Shown: one piece after another, positions 22,923 through 32,410 of the stretch
Layout of the letters: each line of letters begins with the position of its first letter
How positions within the stretch are numbered: position 1 is the stretch's first letter
Assembly: GCA_022572685.1 (NCBI GenBank)
Contig: JACZVL010000002.1
Coordinates: 1-60,099, forward strand
DNA length: 60,099 nt
Source: Pseudomonadota bacterium
GTDB taxonomy: Bacteria > Pseudomonadota > Alphaproteobacteria > Kiloniellales > J153
Direction: 5' to 3'
Made by a program: the position numbers and the translations under genes
The notes under the pieces: model-generated
Seen by the model: only the letters and a program-made list of their open reading frames with translations
Database searches by the model: none
Told to the model about the DNA's origin: nothing

Positions 22923-23102
22923 ATGAGTAAGAAAGAACAAGCAAGCACACGCCGCACCCCGAGGGAAATAAATGTTGGTCGGGTGACTCAAGTTGGCAAA
23001 GGTGCACAGCCACTTTCAGGCGCTGGACCAAAGCCAAGCAGGAAGCCTGGAACTGGTACGGTTGTAAGCTCAGGTTCGGGTGTTGAAAAAAAAGAAAAAT
23101 AG
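22923..23102 (+). CDS. Small basic Lys/Pro/Gly-rich protein (59 aa), below the ORF-track cutoff
   Basis: My translation: MSKKEQASTRRTPREINVGRVTQVGKGAQPLSGAGPKPSRKPGTGTVVSSGSGVEKKEK. GAAGGA lies 8 nt upstream of the ATG, and the ATG is 3 nt after the upstream stop (coupled arrangement). Confidence 0.45.
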   Translation: MSKKEQASTRRTPREINVGRVTQVGKGAQPLSGAGPKPSRKPGTGTVVSSGSGVEKKEK

Positions 23103-23173
23103 CCTTTTAAGAAGATTTCAGACGTAGAGCCTAGTCGAGACAATTTTCGCGATCGGGATGCGAGGACGGAAAA

Positions 23174-23341
23174 GTGGAAACGAAAAACCGAAGTGGCCGA
23201 TTGGTTGAGGGTGCAAAACCATCGAAAAGTCCGGGAACGAAACCAGCCGAAAAAATTAAGCCACTAACATTTCGTGGGGGTGTTCAACCAAAAGCCCCTG
23301 CTGGCCCAAAACCGGCTGTCAAGCCAGGACCGAAGAAGTAA
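23174..23341 (+). CDS. Possible second small basic Lys/Pro/Gly-rich protein (55 aa, GTG start)
   Basis: My translation: (M)ETKNRSGRLVEGAKPSKSPGTKPAEKIKPLTFRGGVQPKAPAGPKPAVKPGPKK. GAGGA lies 7 nt upstream of the GTG. It shares the AGPKPxxKPG motif with the 22923 ORF. Confidence 0.3.
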   Translation: METKNRSGRLVEGAKPSKSPGTKPAEKIKPLTFRGGVQPKAPAGPKPAVKPGPKK

Positions 23342-23350
23342 GTGTTCGAA

Positions 23351-23464
23351 ATGACCGACGTCTGCCTGTTGCTGCAAGGCGCCACGACCACCGGGTGGCC
23401 AAACCGCTCGACGAATCTCCGCGGCTCGATCGCGGTCGAGGACATCAACCTGATGAAGGGCTGA
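23351..23464 (+). other. Chimeric 37-codon mini-ORF ending in the duplicated NuoK C-terminus ([14 protein letters not shown]-stop)
   Basis: The ATG at 23351 is in frame with the duplicated nuoK tail and its TGA at 23462-23464. The N-terminal 23 residues have no NuoK similarity. Confidence 0.3.
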
Positions 23465-23469
23465 GCCGG
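23419..23469. repeat. Right copy of the 51-bp perfect direct repeat (nuoK tail fragment plus the native nuoL upstream region)
   Basis: Identical to 22204-22254 and immediately precedes the nuoL ATG at 23472. Confidence 0.97.
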
Positions 23470-23471
23470 AC

Positions 23472-25403
23472 ATGCTGGAAACCGCCGTCGTCATTCTGCC
23501 GCTGATCGGCGCCGCCATCGCCGGGCTGTTCGGCCGCGCGATCGGCGGCCGTGGCGCCCAGGTGGTGACCTGCGCCCTGCTTGGCGTGTCGGCGCTGTTC
23601 GCGATGGTGGTGTTCAAGCAGGTCGCGATCGATGGCCAGACCCGGGTCACCGAGCTGTTCACCTGGATCGATTCGGGCGCCTTCGAATTCTCCTGGGCGA
23701 TCAAGCTGGACACTCTCAGCGCGGTCATGCTGCTGGTGGTCACCGTGGTGTCCTGGCTGATCCACATCTATTCGATCGGCTACATGTCCCACGACAAGTC
23801 GGTGCCGCGCTTCTTCTCCTACCTCAGCCTGTTCACGTTTTTCATGCTGGTGCTGGTGACCGCGGACAACTTCGTGCAGCTGTTCTTCGGCTGGGAGGGG
23901 GTCGGCCTCGCCTCCTACCTGCTGATCGGCTTCTGGTACCACAAGCCGAGCGCCAACGCCGCCGCGATCAAGGCGTTCCTGGTCAACCGGGTGGGCGACA
24001 TCGGCTTCGCGCTCGGCGTCTTCGGCACCTTCGCGCTGTTCGGCGCGGTCGGTTTCGAGCAGGTGTTCGCCGCCGTGCCGGGCCAGGCCGAGGCGACCTT
24101 CACCTTCCTCGGCATCGAGGGCCACGCGCTTACCATCATCTGCATCCTGCTGTTCATCGGCGCGATGGGCAAATCGGCGCAGATCGTGCTGCACACCTGG
24201 CTGCCCGACGCCATGGAGGGCCCGACCCCGGTGTCGGCGCTGATCCACGCCGCGACCATGGTGACCGCGGGGGTGTTCCTGCTGGTGCGGCTCTCGCCGA
24301 TGTTCGAATACGCGCCCGTGGCGCTCGAGCTGGTCACCTACGTCGGCGCCGCCACCGCCTTCTTCGCCGCCACCGTGGGCCTGGTGCAGAACGACATCAA
24401 GCGGGTGATCGCCTATTCGACCATCTCGCAGCTCGGCTACATGTTCTTCGCCATCGGGGTCTCGGCCTACGGCGCGGCGATCTTCCATCTGATGACCCAC
24501 GCCTTCTTCAAGGCGCTGCTGTTCCTGGGCGCGGGCTCGGTGATCCACGCCATGTCCGACGAGCAGGACATGCGCAAGATGGGCGGCATCTGGCGCAGGG
24601 TGCCGCTCACCTACGGGGTCATGTGGATCGGTTCCCTGGCGCTGGCGGGGGTGCCGCCGTTCGCCGGCTTCTTCTCCAAGGACATGATCCTGGAGGCCGC
24701 CTACGCGGCCCAATCCAGCCACGGCGCCTTGGCCTTCTGGCTCGGCATCGCCGCCGCCTTCATGACCGCGTTCTATTCCTGGCGCCTGTTGTTCATGGTC
24801 TTCCACGGGCGCCCGCGCGCGACGCCCGAGGTCATGAGCCGGGTCCACGAATCGCCCAAGGTCATGACCCTGCCTCTGATCGGGCTGGCCATCGGCGCGG
24901 TGTTCGCCGGCTACCTCGGCTTCGAGGCCTTCGTCGGCGAGGGCCGGGTCGAGTTCTGGGGCGCCGCGATCCTGGTGCTCGAGGGCAACGACGCCATCGA
25001 GGCGGCGCACCAGGTGCCGCTCTGGGTCAAGCTGCTGCCGCTCGGCATGGGCGCGGGCGGCATCGCGCTGGCCTGGATCATGTACGTGCGAATGCCCGCC
25101 ATCCCGGCCCTGCTGGCCACGCGCTTGCGGCCGCTCTACCTGTTCCTGCTGAATAAGTGGTACTTCGACGAGCTCTACGACTGGGCCTTCGTGCGGCCCG
25201 CCCACTACCTGGGGCGCGGCCTGTGGAAGTCGGGCGACGGTGCGGTCATCGACGGGGTCGGACCCGACGGCGTGGCGGCGGTGGCGCTGGTGCTCGCGCG
25301 CCGGGCCAGCCGCCTGCAGACCGGCTACCTCTACCACTACGCCTTCGCCATGATGATCGGGGTCGCCGGCCTGATCACCTGGTACATCGTGAGCCATCTG
25401 TAG
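23472..25403 (+). CDS. nuoL: NADH-quinone oxidoreductase subunit L
   Basis: 643 aa antiporter-like subunit with FFGWEGVGLASYLLIGFW and WLPDAMEGPTPVSALIHAATMVTAGV. Confidence 0.97.
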   Translation: MLETAVVILPLIGAAIAGLFGRAIGGRGAQVVTCALLGVSALFAMVVFKQVAIDGQTRVTELFTWIDSGAFEFSWAIKLDTLSAVMLLVVTVVSWLIHIYSIGYMSHDKSVPRFFSYLSLFTFFMLVLVTADNFVQLFFGWEGVGLASYLLIGFWYHKPSANAAAIKAFLVNRVGDIGFALGVFGTFALFGAVGFEQVFAAVPGQAEATFTFLGIEGHALTIICILLFIGAMGKSAQIVLHTWLPDAMEGPTPVSALIHAATMVTAGVFLLVRLSPMFEYAPVALELVTYVGAATAFFAATVGLVQNDIKRVIAYSTISQLGYMFFAIGVSAYGAAIFHLMTHAFFKALLFLGAGSVIHAMSDEQDMRKMGGIWRRVPLTYGVMWIGSLALAGVPPFAGFFSKDMILEAAYAAQSSHGALAFWLGIAAAFMTAFYSWRLLFMVFHGRPRATPEVMSRVHESPKVMTLPLIGLAIGAVFAGYLGFEAFVGEGRVEFWGAAILVLEGNDAIEAAHQVPLWVKLLPLGMGAGGIALAWIMYVRMPAIPALLATRLRPLYLFLLNKWYFDELYDWAFVRPAHYLGRGLWKSGDGAVIDGVGPDGVAAVALVLARRASRLQTGYLYHYAFAMMIGVAGLITWYIVSHL

Positions 25404-25415
25404 GCGGGCGCGGAC

Positions 25416-26948
25416 ATGAGCGACTTTCCGATCCTGTCGATGGTGACCTTCCTGCCGCTGCTCGGCGCGGGCATCATCCTGGCGTTCAACCGCGGCACGC
25501 CGGAGGAAACCGCGGCGCCGGCGCGCTACATGGCGCTCTGGACCTCGCTGATCACCTTCCTGCTGTCGCTGTTCCTGTGGTTCGACTTCGACCGCGGCAC
25601 GGCCGAGTTCCAGTTCGTCGAGCAGGCCGACTGGCTGCCCGGTTTCAACATCTCCTACCACATGGGGGTCGACGGCATCTCGGTGCTGTTCGTGCTGCTC
25701 ACGACCCTGCTCACGCCGCTCTGCGTGATCTGCAGCTGGACCGCGATCCAGAACCGGGTCAAGGAATACATGATCGCCTTCCTGGTGCTCGAGACGCTCA
25801 TGATCGGCATGTTCTGCGCGCTCGATTTCGTGCTGTTCTACATGTTCTACGAGGCCGTGCTGATCCCGATGTTCCTGATCATCGGCATCTGGGGCGGACC
25901 GAGGCGAGTCTATTCGGCGTTCAAGTTCTTCCTCTTTACCCTGACCGGCTCGGTGCTGCTGCTGCTCGCGCTGCTGGCCATGTACTTCGAGGCCGGCACC
26001 ACGGACATTCCGACCCTGCTCGCCTACAGCTTCCCGCGCGAGATGCAGATCTGGCTGTGGCTGGCGCTGTTCGCCTCCTTCGCGGTCAAGGTGCCGATGT
26101 GGCCGGTGCATACCTGGCTGCCGGACGCCCACGTCGAGGCGCCGACCGCGGGCTCGGTGATGCTGGCGGCGGTGCTGTTGAAGATGGGCGGCTACGGCTT
26201 CTTCCGCTTCTCCCTGCCCATGCTGCCCGAGGCCTCGGAGTTCTTCACGCCCTTCATCTATACGCTGTCGATCGTGGCGATCATCTACACCTCGCTGGTC
26301 GCGCTCGCCCAGGAGGACATGAAGAAGCTGATCGCCTATTCCTCGATCGCCCACATGGGTTTCGTGACCCTCGGCGCCTTCACCGGAAACCAGCAGGGCC
26401 TGGAGGGCGCGCTGTTCCAGATGCTGTCCCACGGCGTGATCTCGGCCGCCTTGTTCCTGATCGTCGGCGTGATCTACGACCGCGTCCACACCCGCGAGAT
26501 CGCCGACTACGAGGGCCTGGTCGAGCGCATGCCCGCCTATTCGGTGGTGTTCATGATCTTCATGCTGGCCTCGGTCGGGCTGCCCGGCACCGGCGGCTTC
26601 GTCGGCGAGTTCCTGATCCTGGTCGGCGTGTTCCAGGTCAACACCTGGCTCGCGCTGCTGGCGGCCAGCGGCATGGTGCTGGGCGCGGCCTACATGCTCT
26701 ACCTCTACCGCCGGATCATCTTCGGCACACTCACCAAGGACAGTCTCAAGTCGATTCTGGACATGAACCGGCGCGAGGCGCTGGTGTTCGCGCCGCTGGT
26801 GGTGCTGGTGTTCTGGATGGGCATCTATCCGATGTCGTTCCTCGACTTCATGTCGGTCTCGGTCAGCAACCTGATCGAGAACTACCAGGGCGCGCTGGCC
26901 GCCGCCGACGGCGTCCCCAATCTTGTGTCTCTGGGCGCAGCGCAGTGA
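25416..26948 (+). CDS. nuoM: NADH-quinone oxidoreductase subunit M
   Basis: 510 aa with [30 protein letters not shown] and [11 protein letters not shown]. Confidence 0.97.
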   Translation: MSDFPILSMVTFLPLLGAGIILAFNRGTPEETAAPARYMALWTSLITFLLSLFLWFDFDRGTAEFQFVEQADWLPGFNISYHMGVDGISVLFVLLTTLLTPLCVICSWTAIQNRVKEYMIAFLVLETLMIGMFCALDFVLFYMFYEAVLIPMFLIIGIWGGPRRVYSAFKFFLFTLTGSVLLLLALLAMYFEAGTTDIPTLLAYSFPREMQIWLWLALFASFAVKVPMWPVHTWLPDAHVEAPTAGSVMLAAVLLKMGGYGFFRFSLPMLPEASEFFTPFIYTLSIVAIIYTSLVALAQEDMKKLIAYSSIAHMGFVTLGAFTGNQQGLEGALFQMLSHGVISAALFLIVGVIYDRVHTREIADYEGLVERMPAYSVVFMIFMLASVGLPGTGGFVGEFLILVGVFQVNTWLALLAASGMVLGAAYMLYLYRRIIFGTLTKDSLKSILDMNRREALVFAPLVVLVFWMGIYPMSFLDFMSVSVSNLIENYQGALAAADGVPNLVSLGAAQ

Positions 26949-26964
26949 AGGCGGGGAACCTGCG

Positions 26965-28419
26965 ATGATACCACTCGATCTGATCACCGCCCTGCCGGAG
27001 CTGCTGCTCGCCTGCCTGGCCATGGCGCTGCTGATGTTCGGCGTGTTCCGGGGCGATGGCGCGACACCGATGGTGCTGTTGCTTTCGGTGGTGACTCTGG
27101 TCGTCCTGATCGGGCTGATCGCGCTCGGCCCGCGCGGCGAGGGCGTGGCGTTCGACGGACTCTTCATCTCCGACTTCTACGGCGACTTCATGAAGGTCCT
27201 GGTCCTGGTCGGCTCGGCCACCGCCATGGCCATGTCGCTGCGCTATTTCGAGGCCGAGGGGGTGGTGCGCTTCGAGTATCCGATCCTGATGCTGTTTGCG
27301 ACCCTCGGCATGATGATGATGATCTCGGCCAACGACCTCATCGCGCTCTATCTCGGCCTCGAGCTGCAGAGCCTGTCGCTCTACGTGATCGCCGCGATCC
27401 GCAGGGATTCCCTGCGCTCCACCGAGGCCGGGCTCAAGTACTTCGTCTTGGGCGCGCTGTCCTCGGGCATGCTGCTCTACGGCGCCTCGCTGATCTACGG
27501 CTTCGCCGGCACCACCAACTTCGAGACCCTGGCCGACGTCTTCGCCGAGCTCACCGCGGCCGGTCACGGCCCCTCGCTCGGCGTCATCGTCGGGCTGGTG
27601 TTCCTGCTCTCCGGACTCGCCTTCAAGATCTCGGCGGTGCCGTTCCACATGTGGACGCCCGACGTCTACGAGGGCGCGCCGACCCCGATCGCCGCCTTCT
27701 TCGCGACCGCGCCCAAGATCGCCGCGATCGCGCTGCTGGCGCGGATCATGATGGGCCCGTTCATCGAGTTCGTGGCCCAGTGGCAGCAGATCGTGGTGGT
27801 GATCTCGATCGCCTCCATGGTCCTCGGTGCGTTCGCCGCGATCTACCAGACCAATATCAAGCGGCTGATGGCCTACAGCTCCATCGGCCACGTCGGCTTC
27901 GCGCTGGTCGGGCTCGCGGCCGGCACCGAGGAGGGCCTGCGCGGGCTGATCGTCTACATGTCGATCTATGTGATCATGAACCTGGGCACCTGGGGCTGTA
28001 TCCTCTGCATGCGCCAGAAGGGGGTCATGGTCGAGGGCATCGAGGACCTGAAGGGCCTGTCCAAGAACCATCCCATGATGGCGCTGGCGCTCGGCATCTT
28101 CATGTTCTCCATGGCCGGAATTCCGCCCTTGGCGGGCTTCTTCGGCAAGCTCTACGTGTTCCTCGCCGCGATCGAGGCCGGGCTCTACGCGCTTGCGGTC
28201 ATCGGCGTGCTGTCGAGCGTGGTGGGCGCCTTCTACTACCTGCGCATCGTCAAGCTGATGTACTTCGACGAGCCGGTCGAGGCCTTCGATACGCCGATCG
28301 GGCGCGAGATGACCGTGGTCCTGACCGGGACCAGCCTGCTGGTGCTGCTGTTCTTCGTGGTGCCCGGTCCAGTGATCCGCGGCGCGGCCGCCGCGGCCGC
28401 CGCGTTGTTCGCCGGATGA
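26965..28419 (+). CDS. nuoN: NADH-quinone oxidoreductase subunit N
   Basis: [15 protein letters not shown] start (the longer ORF begins at 26923). Contains [20 protein letters not shown] and [10 protein letters not shown]. Confidence 0.95.
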   Translation: MIPLDLITALPELLLACLAMALLMFGVFRGDGATPMVLLLSVVTLVVLIGLIALGPRGEGVAFDGLFISDFYGDFMKVLVLVGSATAMAMSLRYFEAEGVVRFEYPILMLFATLGMMMMISANDLIALYLGLELQSLSLYVIAAIRRDSLRSTEAGLKYFVLGALSSGMLLYGASLIYGFAGTTNFETLADVFAELTAAGHGPSLGVIVGLVFLLSGLAFKISAVPFHMWTPDVYEGAPTPIAAFFATAPKIAAIALLARIMMGPFIEFVAQWQQIVVVISIASMVLGAFAAIYQTNIKRLMAYSSIGHVGFALVGLAAGTEEGLRGLIVYMSIYVIMNLGTWGCILCMRQKGVMVEGIEDLKGLSKNHPMMALALGIFMFSMAGIPPLAGFFGKLYVFLAAIEAGLYALAVIGVLSSVVGAFYYLRIVKLMYFDEPVEAFDTPIGREMTVVLTGTSLLVLLFFVVPGPVIRGAAAAAAALFAG

Positions 28420-29192
28420 CCGGGAACGCCCGATCGGCGGCGCTGCCCAAGCTGCCGCCGGCCTACAGGCTGGTGGCCCTGGAGACGGTCGGCAGCACCA
28501 ACGACGAGGCCCTGCGCCTGGCGGCCGAAGGCGCCGAGGACGGCACCCTGGTCTGGGCGCGCGAGCAGACCGGCGGGCGCGGGCGCCAGGGCCGGAGCTG
28601 GTCGAGCCCGCCGGGCAATCTCTATTTGTCGCTGGTGCTCAGGCCGGACAGCGCGCCGGCCGAGGCCGCGCAACTGGGTTTCGTCGCCGGCCTGGCGCTC
28701 GGCGAGGCCATCGGCAGCGTCGCTCCGCCCCTGATCGAGGTCACCTACAAGTGGCCCAACGACTTGCTGCTCAACGGGCGCAAGGCGGCGGGGATTCTGC
28801 TCGAATCGCGCAGCGGCCCGGACGGGACGCTGGAGTGCCTGATCCTGGGGGTCGGCGCCAACGTGGAGCACTTTCCCGAAGACACCGGCTTTCCGGCCAC
28901 CAGCCTGCACTTCGAGGGCGCGACCGAGGTGGGGGTGGTGGCGCTGCTCGAGGCCTTCGGCCGCCACTTCATGTCCTGGGCCAACCGCTGGCTCGACGAC
29001 GGCTTCGCCCCGGTGCGCCGGGCCTGGCTCAATCACGCCCACGGCCTGGGCGAGGAGATCGAGGTGCGCCTGCCGCGCGAGACCCTGAAGGGCACCTTCA
29101 AGGACCTGGACGCGCGCGGCGTGCTGGTGCTCGAGCTGCCCGACGGCACACTCCGGGAGATCAGCGCCGGCGACGTCTATTTCGGCGATTAA
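28416..29192 (+). CDS. birA: Biotin--[acetyl-CoA-carboxylase] ligase (group I, no N-terminal HTH)
   Basis: The ATG overlaps the nuoN stop (ATGA). Contains STNDEA and GRGRQGRSW. The nuoN-birA-coaX order is conserved in alphaproteobacteria. Confidence 0.9.
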   Translation: MTGNARSAALPKLPPAYRLVALETVGSTNDEALRLAAEGAEDGTLVWAREQTGGRGRQGRSWSSPPGNLYLSLVLRPDSAPAEAAQLGFVAGLALGEAIGSVAPPLIEVTYKWPNDLLLNGRKAAGILLESRSGPDGTLECLILGVGANVEHFPEDTGFPATSLHFEGATEVGVVALLEAFGRHFMSWANRWLDDGFAPVRRAWLNHAHGLGEEIEVRLPRETLKGTFKDLDARGVLVLELPDGTLREISAGDVYFGD

Positions 29193-29208
29193 GCGGGGGA
29201 GGGGCGCG

Positions 29209-29994
29209 ATGCTGCTCGCGATCGACTCTGGCAACACCAACATCGTCTTTGCGGTCTACGACGCGGACGAGAAGCTGCGCGGCTCCTGGCGCGCCTCCAC
29301 CGAGGCCAAGCGCACCGCCGACGAATACGCGGTCTGGCTGACCCAGCTCATGGCGCTCGCGGGGCTGACCCCGGAGGTTGTCGAGGGCGCGATCATCGCC
29401 AACGTGGTGCCGCCCACCATGTACGCGCTCACCGACCTGTGCACCCGCTACTTCAAGGTCGCGCCGCTGGTGGTCGGCGAGCCGGGGGTCGATCTGGGCA
29501 TCGAGGTCCGCATCGACCGTCCCGACCAGGTCGGCGCCGACCGCCTGGTCAACGCGGTCGCCGCCTTCGCCGAGCATGGCGGCCCCTTGATCGTCATCGA
29601 CTTCGGCACCGCGACCACCTTCGACGTGATCGGCGCGGACGGCGGCTACGAGGGCGGGGTGATCGCGCCGGGCATCAACCTCTCGCTCGAGGCGCTCGAC
29701 CGGGCGGCGGCCAAGCTGCCGCGCATCGCCCTCAAGGAGGCGCCGCAGCGGGTCATCGGCCAGGCCACCGTGCCGGCCATGGAATCCGGCGCCTACTGGG
29801 GCTACGTCGGGCTGATCGAGGGCCTGGTGGCGCGCATCAAGGGCGAATATGGCCAACCCATGAAGGTGATCGCGACCGGCGGCCTGGCCTCCCTCTTCGC
29901 CCGCGCCACCGCGTGCATCGACGCGGTCGATTCGGACCTGACCCTGCGCGGCCTGCTCGCCATCCATCGCGCCAACCGCGGGGCCGGCTCTTGA
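29209..29994 (+). CDS. coaX: Type III pantothenate kinase
   Basis: Contains [27 protein letters not shown] and [12 protein letters not shown]. Confidence 0.94.
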   Translation: MLLAIDSGNTNIVFAVYDADEKLRGSWRASTEAKRTADEYAVWLTQLMALAGLTPEVVEGAIIANVVPPTMYALTDLCTRYFKVAPLVVGEPGVDLGIEVRIDRPDQVGADRLVNAVAAFAEHGGPLIVIDFGTATTFDVIGADGGYEGGVIAPGINLSLEALDRAAAKLPRIALKEAPQRVIGQATVPAMESGAYWGYVGLIEGLVARIKGEYGQPMKVIATGGLASLFARATACIDAVDSDLTLRGLLAIHRANRGAGS

Positions 29995-30005
29995 GCCCTG
30001 GCCCC

Positions 30006-31673
30006 ATGCGCGACCGGCCGCCCGGGGCTGACGAACTCTACTTCCTGCCGCTCGGCGGGACCGGCGAGATCGGCATGAACCTGAACCTCTACGGCCATGA
30101 CGGAAAGTGGCTGATGGTCGATCTCGGGGTCACCTTCGCCGGGCCCGGCTCGCCCGGGATCGACGTGCTGATGGCCGATCCCGCCTTCATCGAGGCGCGC
30201 CGCGAGGACCTGGCCGGGCTGGTCCTGACCCATGCCCACGAGGACCACATCGGCGCGGTCGGCCACCTCTGGCCGCGCCTGCGCTGCCCGATCTACGCCA
30301 CCGCCTTCACCGCCGAGATGGTCTATCCCAAGCTGGTGGAGGCCGGCCTGGAGGACCAGGTCGAGATCATCGAGGTGCCGCTTAGCGGGCGCTTCACCGT
30401 GGGGCCGTTCGAGATCGAGCTGATCACGCTCACCCATTCCATCCCCGAGCCCAATGCGCTGGTGATCCGGACCGCGGCGGGTTCGGTGCTGCACACCGGC
30501 GACTGGAAGCTGGACCCGGAGCCCTTGGTCGGAGACGACTACGACGAGAACGCGCTGCGCGCGCTCGGCGACGAGAATCTGCTCGCCATGGTCTGCGATT
30601 CCACCAACGCCCTGGTCGAGGGCGAGTCGGGCTCGGAGGCCGAGGTCAGGGCGGCGCTGATGGAGCTTCTGGGCGGCCTGAAGAACCGGGTGCTGGTCGC
30701 CTGCTTCGCCTCCAACGTCGCGCGCCTGGACACCATCGGCAAGGTCGCCGCCGCCCATGGCCGCCGGGTCGGGCTCGCCGGCCGTTCCATGGCCCGGGTG
30801 GTGAGCGCGGCGCGCAACAGCGGCTACCTGCAGGACTTCCCGCCGATCGTCTCCGACGACCACCTCGCCCTGCTGCCGCCCGAGGAGGTGCTGGTGATCT
30901 GCACCGGCAGCCAGGGCGAGCCTCGCGCGGCGCTGTCGCGCATCGCCAACGGCGAGCACCGCGACATCTCGCTCGATCCCGGCGATACCGTGATCTTCTC
31001 CAGCCGGATCATCCCGGGCAACGAGACCACGATCTTCCGGCTCCACAACAAGCTGGTGCGCCTGGGGGTCGAGATCATCACCGCCGACGACCATTTCGTC
31101 CACGTCTCCGGCCATCCGGCGCGCGAGGAGCTGAGCCAGATGTACCACTGGGTGCGGCCCCGGATCGCGATCCCGGTGCACGGCGAGGCGCGCCACCTGG
31201 CCGCCCACGCCCAGCTCGCCCGCGACTGCCAGGTGCCGCAGCAGATCCTGGCCGAGAACGGCAGCCTGATCCGGCTGGCGCCGGGGCCGGCGGAGATCGT
31301 CGATCACGTGCCGACCGGGCGCCTCGCGGTCGACGGCCGGCGCCTGCTGCCGCTCGACAGCCCAATCCTGCGTGCGCGCCAGAAGATGACCTTCAACGGC
31401 AGCGCCACGGTGACGCTCGTGATCGGCGCCGACGGGCTGTTCCAGGGCGCGCCCATCGTCACCGCCCAGGGCCTGCTCGACCCGGAGGCGGAGGGCGACA
31501 AGCTGGCGCTGATCGCCGAGGGGGTCGAGGAGGCGCTGCGCCGGCTGCCCAAGATCGACCGCCGCGACGACGAGGCCGTCAAGGAGACCGCGCGCATCGC
31601 CGTGCGCCGGGCGTTCCGGAAGATGCTCGACAAGAAGCCGGTCACCGATGTGCACCTGGTGCGGCTCGGGTAG
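30006..31673 (+). CDS. rnj: Ribonuclease J (metallo-beta-lactamase / beta-CASP family)
   Basis: Contains LGGTGEIGMNLNLY, LTHAHEDHIGA and HVSGHPAREEL. About 555 aa from the ATG at 30006. Confidence 0.88.
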   Translation: MRDRPPGADELYFLPLGGTGEIGMNLNLYGHDGKWLMVDLGVTFAGPGSPGIDVLMADPAFIEARREDLAGLVLTHAHEDHIGAVGHLWPRLRCPIYATAFTAEMVYPKLVEAGLEDQVEIIEVPLSGRFTVGPFEIELITLTHSIPEPNALVIRTAAGSVLHTGDWKLDPEPLVGDDYDENALRALGDENLLAMVCDSTNALVEGESGSEAEVRAALMELLGGLKNRVLVACFASNVARLDTIGKVAAAHGRRVGLAGRSMARVVSAARNSGYLQDFPPIVSDDHLALLPPEEVLVICTGSQGEPRAALSRIANGEHRDISLDPGDTVIFSSRIIPGNETTIFRLHNKLVRLGVEIITADDHFVHVSGHPAREELSQMYHWVRPRIAIPVHGEARHLAAHAQLARDCQVPQQILAENGSLIRLAPGPAEIVDHVPTGRLAVDGRRLLPLDSPILRARQKMTFNGSATVTLVIGADGLFQGAPIVTAQGLLDPEAEGDKLALIAEGVEEALRRLPKIDRRDDEAVKETARIAVRRAFRKMLDKKPVTDVHLVRLG

Positions 31674-31707
31674 ACAGGGCGCGGGCGATTGCCATGGAGG
31701 ACGGAGC

Positions 31708-32112
31708 ATGATCGGCCGGTTCAATCACGTCGCCATCGCGGTGCCGGACCTGGCGGCCGCGACGGCCACCTACCGCGATACCCTGGGCGCCGAGGTCTCG
31801 GCGCCGCTGGCCCAGCCCGAGCACGGCGTGACCGTGGCCTTCGTCACCCTGCCGAACACCAAGGTCGAGCTGCTCGAGCCGCTCGGCGCGGGCTCGCCGA
31901 TCGCCAAGTTCCTCGAGCGCAATCCGGCGGGCGGGGTGCACCACCTGTGCTTCGAGGTCGACGACATCATCGCCGCGCGCAACCGGCTCAAGAGCGCGGG
32001 CGCGCGGGTGCTGGGCGACGGCGAGCCGAAGTTGGGCGCCCACGGCAAGCCGGTGATCTTCCTGCACCCCAAGGACTTCTGCGGCACCCTGATCGAACTC
32101 GAACAGGCGTGA
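31708..32112 (+). CDS. mce: Methylmalonyl-CoA epimerase (VOC/glyoxalase family)
   Basis: MIGRFNHVAIAVPDL start with GGAGGACGGAG upstream. Contains GGVHHLCFEVDDI and VIFLHPKD. Confidence 0.88.
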   Translation: MIGRFNHVAIAVPDLAAATATYRDTLGAEVSAPLAQPEHGVTVAFVTLPNTKVELLEPLGAGSPIAKFLERNPAGGVHHLCFEVDDIIAARNRLKSAGARVLGDGEPKLGAHGKPVIFLHPKDFCGTLIELEQA

Positions 32113-32170
32113 GTTCGGGCGGTGCGGACGGACAGCGGAGGACAGCTCCATCAACTGGGTTACCGGTCTC

Positions 32171-32386
32171 ATGGTCTACGTGGTCATCTGGTGGGTGGTG
32201 ATCTTCGCGGTCCTGCCGTGGGGCGTGCGCGTGCCCGAGACCCACGAGCCGGGCCACGCCACCAGCGCGCCCGAGAATCCCATGCTGGGGCGCAAGGCGG
32301 CGATCACCACGGCGATCTCGGCGGTCATCTGGCTCGGCGTCCACCTGATCGTCCAGAGCGACCTTCTGTCGCTACGCGAGCCCTGA
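32171..32386 (+). CDS. DUF1467-like small membrane protein
   Basis: Two TM segments with VVIWWVVIFAVLPWG. The position after mce is typical of alphaproteobacteria. The start may be slightly misplaced because there is no upstream in-frame canonical start. Confidence 0.7.
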   Translation: MVYVVIWWVVIFAVLPWGVRVPETHEPGHATSAPENPMLGRKAAITTAISAVIWLGVHLIVQSDLLSLREP

Positions 32387-32410
32387 ACACGCGCGCGTGG
32401 GGAGGCGGAC

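Larger units (their letters stand above)
22255..23418. other. AT-rich foreign insertion between nuoK and nuoL; no recombinase or transposase gene
   Basis: Composition shift: 22381-22440 has 16 G+C of 60, while flanking 22141-22200 has 45 of 60. It interrupts the otherwise universal nuoK-nuoL adjacency and is bracketed by the 51-bp direct repeats. Confidence 0.85.

Noticed and set aside
23419-23464. Second nuoK-like sequence as a nuoK pseudogene or evidence of a frameshifted nuoK.
   Set aside because: Only the last 14 codons are duplicated, and the full-length nuoK at 21938..22249 is intact. This is the right arm of the insertion-flanking direct repeat, not a decayed paralogue.
22806-23767. 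Minus-strand ORFs 22806..22991 (61 aa) and 23264..23767 (167 aa) inside or overlapping the cassette.
   Set aside because: The first is antisense to the well-supported 220-aa ORF and has no RBS. The second runs antisense across the direct repeat into nuoL and has the composition of an antisense artefact.
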